Below the pieces are notes generated by a model. That model saw only the letters and a list, made by a program, of their open reading frames with translations, had not been told where the DNA came from and ran no database searches. From the NCBI GenBank assembly GCA_964558555.1, contig CAZLEO010000002.1, forward strand, positions 14,612 through 78,611: a stretch of DNA of 64,000 nt. Direction: 5' to 3'. This stretch comes from an uncultured Rickettsiales bacterium. Its GTDB lineage: Bacteria; Myxococcota_A; UBA796; UBA9615; CAYRNR01. A program made the position numbers and the translations under genes. Position 1 is the stretch's first letter; each line of letters begins with the position of its first letter. Of this stretch, positions 1 to 9,349 are shown in pieces.

Positions 1-807
1 CCGGAGACGGTCCAGGATCAGGAGTGGTTCGGCGGGGCGTCGCCGTCCGGGCTGAGCAACTTCGAGGTGTTCGAGTTCGGCGGATTCGAGTTCCTGTTCC
101 TGCACCTGGCCGTGGACCCGCGCGCCGAGGAGCGGCAGTGGGCCCAGCAGGTGCTGGACGATCACCCGACGGCACTGGTGCACCTGACCACCCACCGCTA
201 CCTGTACGACTACCGCATCGTCGAAGCGATGCCCGACCCCCTGCCCATGCTCACCGGAGGACGCAACAACACCCTGATCCACAGCCTGGGCGGGCAGGCG
301 CTGTACTACACCGACAGCATCTCGGCGGACGATCTGTTCGCCGAGCTCATCGCGCCCAACCGCAACATCTACATGGTGCAGTGCGGCCACGTGGACGCGG
401 AGTACCGCCAGACCAGCCTCAACGAGGCGGGGCTGCCCGTCGAGGAGGTGCTCACCGACTTCCAGGCGTACCACCCCAATGGCGGCAACGGCTGGATGAA
501 GCTGCTGACCTATGATCTCGACGCGGGCACCGTCCACGTGCAGACGTACTCGCCGCTGCAGGACGAGTACCGGGCCAACGGCGACGGCCTGGACGTGTCG
601 CTGGAGGTGTTGCAGGACGCGCTGGACTACTTCGGGTCGTACCTCGAGACCTTCGGGCTGGACCCGGACGAGCTGCAGGAGCTGCTGGACCACTGGACGC
701 AGACCGAGGAGGGCCGCCAGGAGTACTTCGAGGCGGCCTACGGCGACGGCCAGCGGGACAGCGACTTTGTCGTGGATGTGGACTTCGGCGCGTACGCGGG
801 GCGGTAG
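1..807 (+). CDS. Partial 3' end of a calcineurin-like metallophosphoesterase-family protein; the gene begins upstream of the window
   Basis: Frame +1 is open from nt 1 (PETVQDQEWFGG...) to the TAG at 805-807. GH-containing motifs (MVQCGHVDAEY, FLHLAVDP) resemble metallophosphoesterase C-terminal motifs. Codon usage is GC3-rich. Confidence 0.45.
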   Translation, partial: PETVQDQEWFGGASPSGLSNFEVFEFGGFEFLFLHLAVDPRAEERQWAQQVLDDHPTALVHLTTHRYLYDYRIVEAMPDPLPMLTGGRNNTLIHSLGGQALYYTDSISADDLFAELIAPNRNIYMVQCGHVDAEYRQTSLNEAGLPVEEVLTDFQAYHPNGGNGWMKLLTYDLDAGTVHVQTYSPLQDEYRANGDGLDVSLEVLQDALDYFGSYLETFGLDPDELQELLDHWTQTEEGRQEYFEAAYGDGQRDSDFVVDVDFGAYAGR

Positions 808-810
808 CCC

Positions 811-2511
811 CTACTTCTTGAACAGCTTGCTCAGCATCCCCTTCTTCTTCTTGCTGTCTCCGTCCTCGGATTCCTCGTCCCAGCTGTCGTCGAAGACCTG
901 GTCGTATTGCTGAGGTTCATCGGGCTCGGGCTCGGGCTCGGGGTCGGGCTCGGGGTCGGGCTCGGGGTCCCTCGAGAACACCTGTTCGAACTCCGGTTCG
1001 GTCATGGGCTTGCGATCGAGGGGCGGTTCGGCGTCCTGGCTCGGACCGTCGTGGACGACCTCGTAGCTGCTCGAGATCTCGTCGGAGAGATCTCCCGTGA
1101 TCTCGTCCGCGTCGTAGCGATCGGTCGCCCCCGGCACGATCGAGCCCTGCGGGGCCTCGTCGGTGCTGTCCTCGATCTCCAGGACCACGCTGGCCGTGGA
1201 GGCCGCCGCGTCACCGAGGATGGGGCGCTGGACCGTGGTGGGGTCGGGGAGTTCCTCGGCCCTCAGCGTGGTGGCCTCCTCGTCGAGATCGTCGTCGGTC
1301 TCGTCCACGGACTCGTCGATCCCCGGCCCCTCGTCCGTGGTGGGATCGTCGTCGATCTGCATCTCGATGCTCGCGGAAGTGGCCGCGTCGAGGCCGCCGG
1401 GATCGGCCTCCATATCGAAGCTCGGATCCGCGTCGAACTCCATGACGAGGCTGACGGACTCGCTGGCCCCGTCGCCGAGACCGAGATCCTCGTCGCGGTC
1501 GTCCTCGACCTCGGTCTCCAGCTCGTCGTCCTCGGTGAGGAGGTCGTCGTCACCGAGGCTGAATACACCCGAATCGAAGGCGGCGAACTGGCTCTCCTCG
1601 GCCACCCAGCTGGAGATGTCGAAGATGCAGCGGGGGCAGAAGTCGATGGAGCCCATGGCCACGGCGTCGGCCGCGCCGCAGCTGGGGCAGGTGAAACTGC
1701 GCGGCGGATCCGGATCCACGGCCAGGGCGCGCCGCAGGTCGTACGCCCGGCTGGAGACGGCCGGGTCCAGGGTCGCGTGGTTCATGGCCAGCATCTTGCG
1801 CTGGGGGCGCGACAGCCACGAGTTCGTGTCGTCGAGGAGCCACCACAGCACGTCGAGCTTGGCAGCGCGGAGCACGTCGGCAGATGGCTCGGTGAGAGGG
1901 AAGCGCGCGTGGTCCCAGCGGGAGAGCGCGGCCTCGAGGAAGGCCTCTGCCGCCTCCATCAGCGCCGCGGCGTGGCCGATGGAACCGGGCGACGGCTGGT
2001 CGGGGGGCGCCGTGGCGAGGCGGCGGAAGGCGCGGTAGGGGTCGGCCACGGCCGACTCGAAGGTGAGCATCCCCCACCACCGCACCTGGCACGCGACGAA
2101 CCCGTCGACGGCCCAGGCCTGGGTGAACTCTCGCTCCTCGGCCACGGGGAAGAGCCAGGCCAGCAGCCGCCAGTACGCCCGGGCGTGGGCCCTCCAGGTG
2201 TGCGGGTCCGGCTTGATGGCGGCCTGGCGCATGGAGCCCGCCAGCTGCGTGAGCTCCTCCCGGGCGCCCTGCCAGGCTTCGGCCGGCGCCTCGGGCGCCT
2301 CGAGGGCCATGTGGTGTAGCGCGCCCTCGAAGTAGACCTCGTGGTGGACGAACGCCTTCCCCGCGCACTTGCGGCAGATCCGCGTGTAGGCGAGCTCGGT
2401 GGACGCCTCGGATGCGTCGCAGCCGACGCAGGTGTACTGATAGACCTCGACCAACTTCGTGCCCCTACCCTTCCCCTCACCACCCAGGATATCAGGAGTT
2501 GGACTATCCTT
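811..2511 (-). CDS. Hypothetical protein with two CxxC...CxxC zinc-ribbon-like motifs, a long acidic disordered tail with (PE/PD)n repeats, and a C-terminal lysine-rich amphipathic tail (KKKKGMLSKLFKK)
   Basis: The ORF-track frame 811..3345 has its first ~278 codons antisense to the kinase gene. The plausible start is MKDSPTP at 2509-2511. Cys pairs are CVGCD...CRKC and CPSCG...CPRC. No recognised family. Confidence 0.55.
   Translation of the reverse strand, partial: KDSPTPDILGGEGKGRGTKLVEVYQYTCVGCDASEASTELAYTRICRKCAGKAFVHHEVYFEGALHHMALEAPEAPAEAWQGAREELTQLAGSMRQAAIKPDPHTWRAHARAYWRLLAWLFPVAEEREFTQAWAVDGFVACQVRWWGMLTFESAVADPYRAFRRLATAPPDQPSPGSIGHAAALMEAAEAFLEAALSRWDHARFPLTEPSADVLRAAKLDVLWWLLDDTNSWLSRPQRKMLAMNHATLDPAVSSRAYDLRRALAVDPDPPRSFTCPSCGAADAVAMGSIDFCPRCIFDISSWVAEESQFAAFDSGVFSLGDDDLLTEDDELETEVEDDRDEDLGLGDGASESVSLVMEFDADPSFDMEADPGGLDAATSASIEMQIDDDPTTDEGPGIDESVDETDDDLDEEATTLRAEELPDPTTVQRPILGDAAASTASVVLEIEDSTDEAPQGSIVPGATDRYDADEITGDLSDEISSSYEVVHDGPSQDAEPPLDRKPMTEPEFEQVFSRDPEPDPEPDPEPEPEPDEPQQYDQVFDDSWDEESEDGDSKKKKGMLSKLFKK
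921..969. repeat. Tandem 6-7 nt microsatellite (GGGCTC/GGGGTC x ~8) inside the coding sequence; it encodes PEPDPEPDPEPEPEPD on the minus strand
   Basis: Direct reading of cgggctcgggctcgggctcggggtcgggctcggggtcgggctcggggtc. Confidence 0.85.
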
Positions 2512-2559
2512 CATAGGTTCGAGTCCAAGCGCCGGCCCGATCGGCGAAGGGAAAGCGAT

Positions 2560-4830
2560 ATGTCGATGGACTCCTTCAATTTTGACAGCGACGTTTTTCG
2601 CACCAGCCTCCGCACGGCCATCGTCGGCGGCGGCCAGGGTTGCGAATCCATCCTGCGCATGGTGAGCGAGGACACCCTGGGGCGCTTCCGCATGGAGATC
2701 CTGGGCGTGGCCGAGGTGTCCGCGGCGGCGCCCGGAGTGCGCTACGCCCGCGAACAGGGCGTGCCGCTGATCACGACGGACTACCGCGAGCTGTACGACA
2801 TCCCGGACCTCGACCTGCTGATCGAGCTGACCGGGCTGGTGTCCGTGCGCGACGAGATCGAGCGCACGCGTCCGCGGCACGTGACGCTCATCGATCACGT
2901 GGGCGCCCGCCTGTTCTGGCAGCTCCACCGCGCCGAGGAGAGCATCCTCCACCAGCGCAGCGAGCTGCGCCTGCAGGTGGAGGCGGAGCAGCAGCGCATC
3001 CAGCAGATCTTCGATTCCATCCCCGACGAGATCCTCGTGGTGGACAACGAGATGGTCGTGCAGGAGGCCAACCACGCCTTCTTGCACAACAACGACCTGG
3101 AGATCGGCGGGGTGCGCGGCAAGCACTGCTACGAGGTGGAGCAGCACGCCCGCGGCGAGTGCCAGGTGGCCGTGGGCAACTGCCCGTTCATCCAGGTGAC
3201 CAAGGACAAGAGCCGCGCGTCGCTGGTACGCAAGCACTTCGACGAGGAGGGAAACCCCCGCTTCGCCGCCATCGTCGCCGGTCCCATGCTGGACACGGAC
3301 GGCGAGGTGGTCGGCATGATCGAGGTCACGCGCGACATCTCCCACCGCATCCTGCTCGAGGAGGATCTAAAGGCCGCCGAGAACCAGCTGCAACAGTTCA
3401 TGATGCGCGCCCCCGTGGCCGTGCTGGTGGAGAACCGCCAGGGCCAGTTCGTCGACGCCAACGAGGCCGCCTGCGATCTGCTGAGGACGCCCAAGGGCCA
3501 GATCATCGGCAAGACGGCGCTGGAGCTGCTGCCGCGGGAGACCGCCGAGAGGATGCGCCGCGGTTCCCGGTACATCCTCAAGGAGGGCCGGGAGGTCAAC
3601 TTCGACGCGGTGGTCGAGCTCGGCGGAAACTCCGTGCACCTGTCGGTGATCCGCTTCCCCATCCTCGACGCCGCGGGCAAGGTCGCCGCCGTGTGCTCCC
3701 TGTCCAAGGACGTCACCGCCCAGCGGGAGGCCGAGGCCGCCCTGACGCACACCCGCGAGTACCTGCAGCACATCCTCGACAACTCACCGGTGATGATCAT
3801 CACCGCGGACCTCGACGGGAAGATCGTGTCGTTCAACCGCGGCGCCGAGGAGAGCCTGGGGTACGCGGCCGAGGAGATGATCGGGCGGGAGGCGTCGCGG
3901 ATGTACGCGGAGAGGGGGGAGCGCGATGCCCTGCTGCGCCGGGTCCACCAGGAGGGTGCGGTCCGCGACTACCAGACGGACCTGTACGGCAAGGACGGCG
4001 AGCCGTTGCCCGCGTCGCTGACCCTGTCCCAGCTGCGCGACGCCTCGGGGAAGATGATCGGCACCGTGGGCATCGCCAAGGACATCTCACGCCGCAAGGC
4101 GCTGATGGACCAGATCCTGCTGTCCGAGCGTCTCGCCGCGGTGGGGCGCCTCGCCGCCGGGGTGGCCCACGAGATCAACAACCCCCTCGCCGTCATCGGC
4201 GAGATCGGCGGCCTGCTCACCGACGTGGTGGAGGAGAACCCGGCGCACGAGGAGCTGCTCGAGGAGCTGCAGCAATGGCTCCCCAAGCTCAACGACCAGG
4301 TCCGCCGCGGCCGCAGCGTGACCTACCGCATGCTCAGCTTCGCCCGCAAGAGCGAGTCCGACGTGCACGTGGTCGACGTCAACGCCGCGCTGGAGGAGAC
4401 CCTGCCGTTCGTGACCAAGGAGGCCGACCTGGCGCAGGTCACCCTGCACACCGACTACGGCGACGACCTGCCCGACGTGCGGGTCGAGGAGATGCAGCTG
4501 CAGGAGATCTTCATCAACCTGATCAACAACGCCATCCAGGCGCTGGGCGAGGACGACGGCGGCAACATCTGGCTGTCCACCCGTTTCGAGGAGGGCAAGG
4601 TGCGCGTCGCCGTGCGCGACGACGGGCCGGGCATCGCCGAGGAGGTGCGCGACCGCCTCTTCGATCCGTTCGTCACGACCAAGCCGCCGGGTAAGGGCAC
4701 CGGGCTGGGGCTGAGCATCTGTTACGGGATCGTCAAGCGGTACGACGGCGAGATTCAGGTGGATTCGGCGCTGGGAGGGGGCACCACCTTCACGGTGATC
4801 TTCCCCCCGCACTCCAGGAAGGACGGCTGA
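2560..4830 (+). CDS. Cytoplasmic multi-PAS sensor histidine kinase with N-terminal Rossmann-like module, PAS domains, HisKA and HATPase_c
   Basis: HisKA H-box LAAGVAHEINNPLAVI. ATP-binding G-boxes GLGLSICYGIVKRYDGEIQV...GGGTTFTVIFP. PAS-like segments include a Cys-rich one (CYEVEQHARGECQVAVGNCPF). The N-terminus AIVGGGQGCESIL looks like a dinucleotide-binding fold. No TM helices. Start chosen at ATG 2560 (MSMDSF). The upstream in-frame start at 2341 is less likely because it overlaps the divergent gene. Confidence 0.8.
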   Translation: MSMDSFNFDSDVFRTSLRTAIVGGGQGCESILRMVSEDTLGRFRMEILGVAEVSAAAPGVRYAREQGVPLITTDYRELYDIPDLDLLIELTGLVSVRDEIERTRPRHVTLIDHVGARLFWQLHRAEESILHQRSELRLQVEAEQQRIQQIFDSIPDEILVVDNEMVVQEANHAFLHNNDLEIGGVRGKHCYEVEQHARGECQVAVGNCPFIQVTKDKSRASLVRKHFDEEGNPRFAAIVAGPMLDTDGEVVGMIEVTRDISHRILLEEDLKAAENQLQQFMMRAPVAVLVENRQGQFVDANEAACDLLRTPKGQIIGKTALELLPRETAERMRRGSRYILKEGREVNFDAVVELGGNSVHLSVIRFPILDAAGKVAAVCSLSKDVTAQREAEAALTHTREYLQHILDNSPVMIITADLDGKIVSFNRGAEESLGYAAEEMIGREASRMYAERGERDALLRRVHQEGAVRDYQTDLYGKDGEPLPASLTLSQLRDASGKMIGTVGIAKDISRRKALMDQILLSERLAAVGRLAAGVAHEINNPLAVIGEIGGLLTDVVEENPAHEELLEELQQWLPKLNDQVRRGRSVTYRMLSFARKSESDVHVVDVNAALEETLPFVTKEADLAQVTLHTDYGDDLPDVRVEEMQLQEIFINLINNAIQALGEDDGGNIWLSTRFEEGKVRVAVRDDGPGIAEEVRDRLFDPFVTTKPPGKGTGLGLSICYGIVKRYDGEIQVDSALGGGTTFTVIFPPHSRKDG

Positions 4831-4836
4831 GGCGGG

Positions 4837-5268
4837 CTACCAGCCCTTCTTGCCGACGATCTCCGAGACCGCGTCCTCGGCGCGTTGCCGGGCCAGCGAG
4901 GCCTTGCGGTCGCCGGCCTCCTCGATCTTGGCCAGGAGGTCCTTGAAGTCGGCGGGCTTCTCCAGGAAGTCCATGGCGCCGAGCTTCATCGCTTCCACGC
5001 CTGCGCTCACCGTGGCGTGACCGGTCAACAGGATGATCTGCAGATCCGGATCGGCGACGCGGAGCTTCTTGAGGGTCTCGATTCCGTCGATACCGGGCAT
5101 GGCGAGGTCCAGCACGATCACGTCGTAGTCGCGGGCCTCGGCCATCTCCAGCGCGACGTTGCCATTCTCTGCGGTGGCCACGTCGTAGCCGCGTTTGGCC
5201 ATGCGCTGGGCCAGGGCGGTGAGGAAGAGTTCCTCGTCGTCCACCAGGAGCACTCGGTACTGCGTCAT
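4837..5268 (-). CDS. Stand-alone response-regulator receiver (CheY-like REC) protein
   Basis: MTQYRVLLVDDEELFL...DVIVLDLAMPGIDG...KLGAMDFLEKP contains the canonical REC acidic pocket, the phospho-accepting Asp and the conserved Lys. It is convergent with the kinase across a 6-nt gap. Confidence 0.85.
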   Translation of the reverse strand: MTQYRVLLVDDEELFLTALAQRMAKRGYDVATAENGNVALEMAEARDYDVIVLDLAMPGIDGIETLKKLRVADPDLQIILLTGHATVSAGVEAMKLGAMDFLEKPADFKDLLAKIEEAGDRKASLARQRAEDAVSEIVGKKGW

Positions 5269-5467
5269 GATTCCAACCTCGTTGCGCGTGTTTCCCGTGT
5301 TCTCAGCGCCAGCGAAGGTGCGCATCGTAGCTCAAGCCAACGATCAGGGCTACTTTGCCCTCTCCGATTCGCCAGCGCCACCCCCTTTGTGCAGCGCCTC
5401 GTTCACCCTGCGTTTCACCCCACCTGGAGAAATCTTGCGCCGTTCGTGGTGAAATGATCGTCTGGCG

Positions 5468-6175
5468 ATGATCCGTTGCGTGCCCATGCTGTCCATCCTC
5501 GGCTTGCTGGCGTCGGCCTGTGCCTCCGAGGTGGGGTACATCACCGACGACTTCGAGGACGGCCACCTCGACGAGAACCTCTGGCAGGAGTTCAGCTACT
5601 CCAACACCGGGGTGCTCGAGGAGGTGGACGGGACGCTGCACATGTTCCACCTCAGCGGCGGCTGGGACGGCGTGGGGGTGCGCTTCCGGCAGGTGGTCGA
5701 TCTGACCGTCGGTCCGATGACCGTGGAGTTCCGCGCCCGCAGCGGCAACTCCGAGGTCGTACTGGCCATGGCCCACCGCGAGACGCGGGGCGATCCTTAC
5801 CTCGAGCAGCCCATGAGCGAGTGGTACATCAAGGATGGGACGTGGAAGTTCAACTCCGCCGACAACGGCCACGACGTGACCCCCAAGTACACCATCGACG
5901 TGGATCAACAGCGGTTCCACACCTACTCCGTGACCCTGACGCCCACGGGTAATGCCCAGGTCTACGACTACCGCACCCTCGTCGACGACGGCGCCACGGG
6001 CGAGGCTCGCGGCAAGTGGATGCCCAACACCGGGGACCCGTCCCGCCTGCACCTGTACTTCACCGTCTGCCAGGAGGACGACTCGCCCCCCAACGACGGC
6101 AGCTTCATCGACGACATCTTCATCGAGTCGCCGTCGGTGACCGGCGAGGCCGGTGGCTGCCAGGTCGGGTTGTAA
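5468..6175 (+). CDS. Secreted or lipoprotein of unknown function
   Basis: N-terminal signal peptide MLSILGLLASACAS (lipobox-like LASAC). No recognised catalytic motifs. It lies 52 nt upstream of the acyl-CoA ligase gene on the same strand. Confidence 0.6.
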   Translation: MIRCVPMLSILGLLASACASEVGYITDDFEDGHLDENLWQEFSYSNTGVLEEVDGTLHMFHLSGGWDGVGVRFRQVVDLTVGPMTVEFRARSGNSEVVLAMAHRETRGDPYLEQPMSEWYIKDGTWKFNSADNGHDVTPKYTIDVDQQRFHTYSVTLTPTGNAQVYDYRTLVDDGATGEARGKWMPNTGDPSRLHLYFTVCQEDDSPPNDGSFIDDIFIESPSVTGEAGGCQVGL

Positions 6176-6227
6176 CTTCCCACGCGCCCGCGAGGCTGTA
6201 CAATCCCCCCTCACGAGGAGGGAAACC

Positions 6228-7934
6228 ATGGACAAGCCCTGGTTCGCGCACTACGACGAGTGGGTCCCGCACACCTTCGACATCCCGGACGTCCCCCTGG
6301 ACCGGCTGCTGAGGGACTCGGCCGCCTCGCACCCCGACCACACGGCGCTGATATTCGGCGCGCGGGTCGGTTCGCGGCTGCTCGACGCGGCCATCTCGTA
6401 TCGCGACCTCGACGCCATGGTCGACCGCTTCGCAGGGGGCCTGCAGGACCTCGGGGTGGGCCAGGGCGATCGCGTGGCGATCATGCTGCCCAACAGCCCG
6501 CAGTTCATCATCGCGGCCTACGCCGCCTGGCGCATCGGCGCCGTGGTGGTGTGCTGCAATCCCCTGTACGTGGAGCGCGAGGTCGAGCACCTGCTGAAGG
6601 ACTCCGGCGCCGAGACCATGGTGGTCATGAGCAGCCTGTACGATCGGGTCAAGGCGGTGCGGGCGAACACGTCGCTGAAGCGGGTGGTGGTGGCCAACAT
6701 CAAGGAACACTTCCCGTTCCTGCTGAAGTGGATGTTCACCCTGACCAAGGAGCGCAAGGAGGGCCACCGGGTGGACCTCTCCGGCGACGCCGACACCCAC
6801 CCGTTCCCCGACATCCTGCGCGGCGGTCCGGAGCGACCGTCCCCCGTGGAGGTGGATCCCCGCGGCGTGTCCACGCTGATCTACACCGGTGGTACCACCG
6901 GCGGCCCCAAGGGCGCGCAGCTCACGCACCGCAACCTGGTCTCCAACGCCACCCTCCTCAACCTCTGGGCGAAGAGTCGACGCGCGGGCGAGGTGCTGAT
7001 CTCGCTGATGCCGTTCTTCCACAGCTACGGCCTGACCGTGGGCATCAACACCGTGTTCGCCAACGCCCTGACCGCCGTGCTGATTCCCAACCCGCGGGAC
7101 CTGGAGCACACGTTGCTGTCGGTTCAGAAGCACCGGGCCACGTTCCTGCCCGCCATCCCCACCCTGTTCGTGGCGTTCTCGAACCACCCCGACCTCGACC
7201 AGTACGACCTGTCGTCGGTGCGGTTCGCCCCCAGCGGCGCGGCACCCCTGGCCCCGGAGGTGCAGAAGCGCTTCGAGGGCATCACCGGCTGCAAGATGGT
7301 CGAGGCCTACGGCCTCACCGAGACCAGCCCCACGGCCACCATGGACCCCATCGGCCGCCCCATGGACCACTCCATCGGCGTGCCCATCCCCAACACCGAC
7401 GTGAAGATCGTGGACATCGAGGACGGCGCCAAGGAGCTGCCCCAGGGGGAGATCGGCGAGATCATCATCAAGGGACCGCAGGTGATGAAGGGCTACTGGA
7501 ACCTGCCCGAGGAGTCGGCCAAGGCCATCCGCACCGGCCCGGACGGGGAGGAGGGCTGGTTCTATTCTGGCGACATCGGCTACCAGGACGAGGAGGGGTA
7601 CTTCCACATCGCCGACCGCAAGAAGGACATGATCATCGCCGGCGGGTACAACATCTACCCCGCCGACGTGGAGGCGGTGCTGTTCGAGCACCCCGCCGTC
7701 CTCGAGGCCGCCGTCATCGGCGTGCCCGACGAGAAGCGCGGCGAGACGGTCAAGGGGTTCGTGGTCCTCAACGAGGGGCAGACCGCCACCGAGGACGAGA
7801 TCATCGCGTTCTGCCGCGAGCGCATGGCCGCGTACCGCATCCCGCGGTTGGTGGAGTTCCGCGACGAGCTCCCCAAGACCGTCATCGGCAAGGTCTTGCG
7901 GCGGGAGCTGCGCGAACAGGAGCTGTCCAAGTGA
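6228..7934 (+). CDS. fadD: Long-chain-fatty-acid--CoA ligase / AMP-dependent synthetase (FadD-like)
   Basis: AMP-binding signature LIYTGGTTGGPKGAQLTH. Motifs YGLTETSP, GEIGEIIIKGPQVMKGYWN, FYSGDIGYQDEEGYFHIADRKKDMI and PKTVIGKVLRREL. RBS GAGGAGGG lies 6 nt upstream of ATG 6228. Confidence 0.9.
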   Translation: MDKPWFAHYDEWVPHTFDIPDVPLDRLLRDSAASHPDHTALIFGARVGSRLLDAAISYRDLDAMVDRFAGGLQDLGVGQGDRVAIMLPNSPQFIIAAYAAWRIGAVVVCCNPLYVEREVEHLLKDSGAETMVVMSSLYDRVKAVRANTSLKRVVVANIKEHFPFLLKWMFTLTKERKEGHRVDLSGDADTHPFPDILRGGPERPSPVEVDPRGVSTLIYTGGTTGGPKGAQLTHRNLVSNATLLNLWAKSRRAGEVLISLMPFFHSYGLTVGINTVFANALTAVLIPNPRDLEHTLLSVQKHRATFLPAIPTLFVAFSNHPDLDQYDLSSVRFAPSGAAPLAPEVQKRFEGITGCKMVEAYGLTETSPTATMDPIGRPMDHSIGVPIPNTDVKIVDIEDGAKELPQGEIGEIIIKGPQVMKGYWNLPEESAKAIRTGPDGEEGWFYSGDIGYQDEEGYFHIADRKKDMIIAGGYNIYPADVEAVLFEHPAVLEAAVIGVPDEKRGETVKGFVVLNEGQTATEDEIIAFCRERMAAYRIPRLVEFRDELPKTVIGKVLRRELREQELSK

Positions 7935-9349
7935 AGATCTGGACCCTGCTCTGGGTGCTGTTGCTGCTCGTGGGCTGCCCCGGCGGCGACGACGACGACT
8001 CCGCGACGCCCGTGGACGACGACGACGACGACTCCGCCGCCGACACGTCCGTGCCCTGGACGAAGGACCTGCCGTCGCTGGAGGGGGACATCGGCCTGGT
8101 GCGTGGCTTCCGGCCGATGCGGTCCATCCTCCACTTCCACTCGGTGTTCTCCCACGACGCCTGCGACGGGTTCGGGTATCAGGACGGCGTGCTCGACGAG
8201 GTCTGCCTCGCCGAGATGCGCGACGGCCTGTGCCGCGTCGGCATCGACTTCGCCTACGTCTCCGACCACCCCAGCTACGCGGCGTTCCACGCCTTCGACG
8301 AGATCCTGCTGTTCCGCGACGACGACGTGCCCATCGAGGAGGGCGGCGAGACCATCGCCAACCTCATCCAGTGCCCGGGCGGCCACGAGGTCGTCTACAT
8401 GGGCGGCATCGAGGACGACGTGATGCCCCTGGGCCTCGATCGCCACGCCGCACCCGTCGGCCAGGAAGCCGACGAGCTGTACAACACCACGAACCCCGAG
8501 CTGTTCGACGCCGTGGCCGCGGCCGGCGGCATGGTCTTCCAGGAGCACCCCGAGGAGCGGGATCTGGAGACGCTGGAGCAGCGCCAGGACATGGGCATGG
8601 TCGGCCTCGAGGTCTTCCAGCTGCACTCCATGCTCGACCCGGACTCCCGCGAGGAGATCTACGGCCTCGACCCCTTCGGCTGGATCGAGGACATCGGCCC
8701 GTTCACCGACCCGGAGGGCACGGGCGAGCCGGACCTGCTGTTCGCCGCGTTCTTCCAGGAGCTCGGCCCCAACGTCGAGCGCTGGGACCACCTGCTCCAG
8801 CGCGGGCCGGCCGTGGGCATCGCGGCCACCGACGCCCACCGCAACGTGCTGCCGTACCTGCTGCGGGACGACGAGCGGCCCGACGGCTACCGCCGCAACT
8901 TCCGCTGGTTCTCCAACGTGGTGCTGGCCGACGACAAGACGCCCGCCGCCGCGGACGAGGCCGTGGGCGCGGGTCGCCTGTTCATGGCCTTCGAGATCTT
9001 CGGCACCCCCGCGGACCTGGCCTTCCACTACGACGACGGTGGCACAGAGCTGGAGATGGGTGAGTCCTGTACCGGCTGCACCGGCGGGACGCTGCACCTG
9101 CAGTGCCCGACCCTGTCGTCCGCCTCGCCCCGCGACGGCGAGAACGACCCGGTGATCGAGGCCACGGTGTTCCGCGACGGCGAGGTCTGGCAGACCGGCT
9201 GCGGCAGCTTCGACGTCTCCGAGCCCGGCGCCTACCGCGCCCGCGTCGACATCACGCCGGATCACCTCACGCCGTTCCTGGGCGAGGACCCCACGCCCTA
9301 CCTCCACCCGTTCCCGTGGGTGTACACCAACGCTATTCGGGTGCAGTGA
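7931..9349 (+). CDS. PHP-domain (polymerase/histidinol-phosphatase-like metallohydrolase) lipoprotein with poly-Asp linker
   Basis: GTG start overlaps the fadD stop (GTGA). Signal peptide plus lipobox WVLLLLVGC, followed by GGDDDDSATPVDDDDDDS. PHP metal-binding motifs LHFHSVFSHDA and TDAHRN. Confidence 0.65.
   Translation: MKIWTLLWVLLLLVGCPGGDDDDSATPVDDDDDDSAADTSVPWTKDLPSLEGDIGLVRGFRPMRSILHFHSVFSHDACDGFGYQDGVLDEVCLAEMRDGLCRVGIDFAYVSDHPSYAAFHAFDEILLFRDDDVPIEEGGETIANLIQCPGGHEVVYMGGIEDDVMPLGLDRHAAPVGQEADELYNTTNPELFDAVAAAGGMVFQEHPEERDLETLEQRQDMGMVGLEVFQLHSMLDPDSREEIYGLDPFGWIEDIGPFTDPEGTGEPDLLFAAFFQELGPNVERWDHLLQRGPAVGIAATDAHRNVLPYLLRDDERPDGYRRNFRWFSNVVLADDKTPAAADEAVGAGRLFMAFEIFGTPADLAFHYDDGGTELEMGESCTGCTGGTLHLQCPTLSSASPRDGENDPVIEATVFRDGEVWQTGCGSFDVSEPGAYRARVDITPDHLTPFLGEDPTPYLHPFPWVYTNAIRVQ

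Noticed and set aside
921-969. Possible CRISPR or intergenic repeat array
   Set aside because: Repeat unit is only 6-7 nt, with no spacers, and lies inside a coding region, where it encodes PE/PD dipeptides. It is a coding microsatellite.
811-3345. Full 844-aa ORF-track call on the minus strand
   Set aside because: Its first ~278 codons are antisense to the kinase gene and lack protein-like composition. I placed the start at MKDSPTP (2511), which has sensible N-terminal sequence.
2640-4694. 684-aa ORF (Arg/Gly/Pro-rich) on the plus strand overlapping the sensor kinase in another frame
   Set aside because: The composition (poly-R/G/P/A) is typical of off-frame translation of 70% GC DNA. The +1 frame at 2560..4830 has clear HisKA and HATPase motifs.
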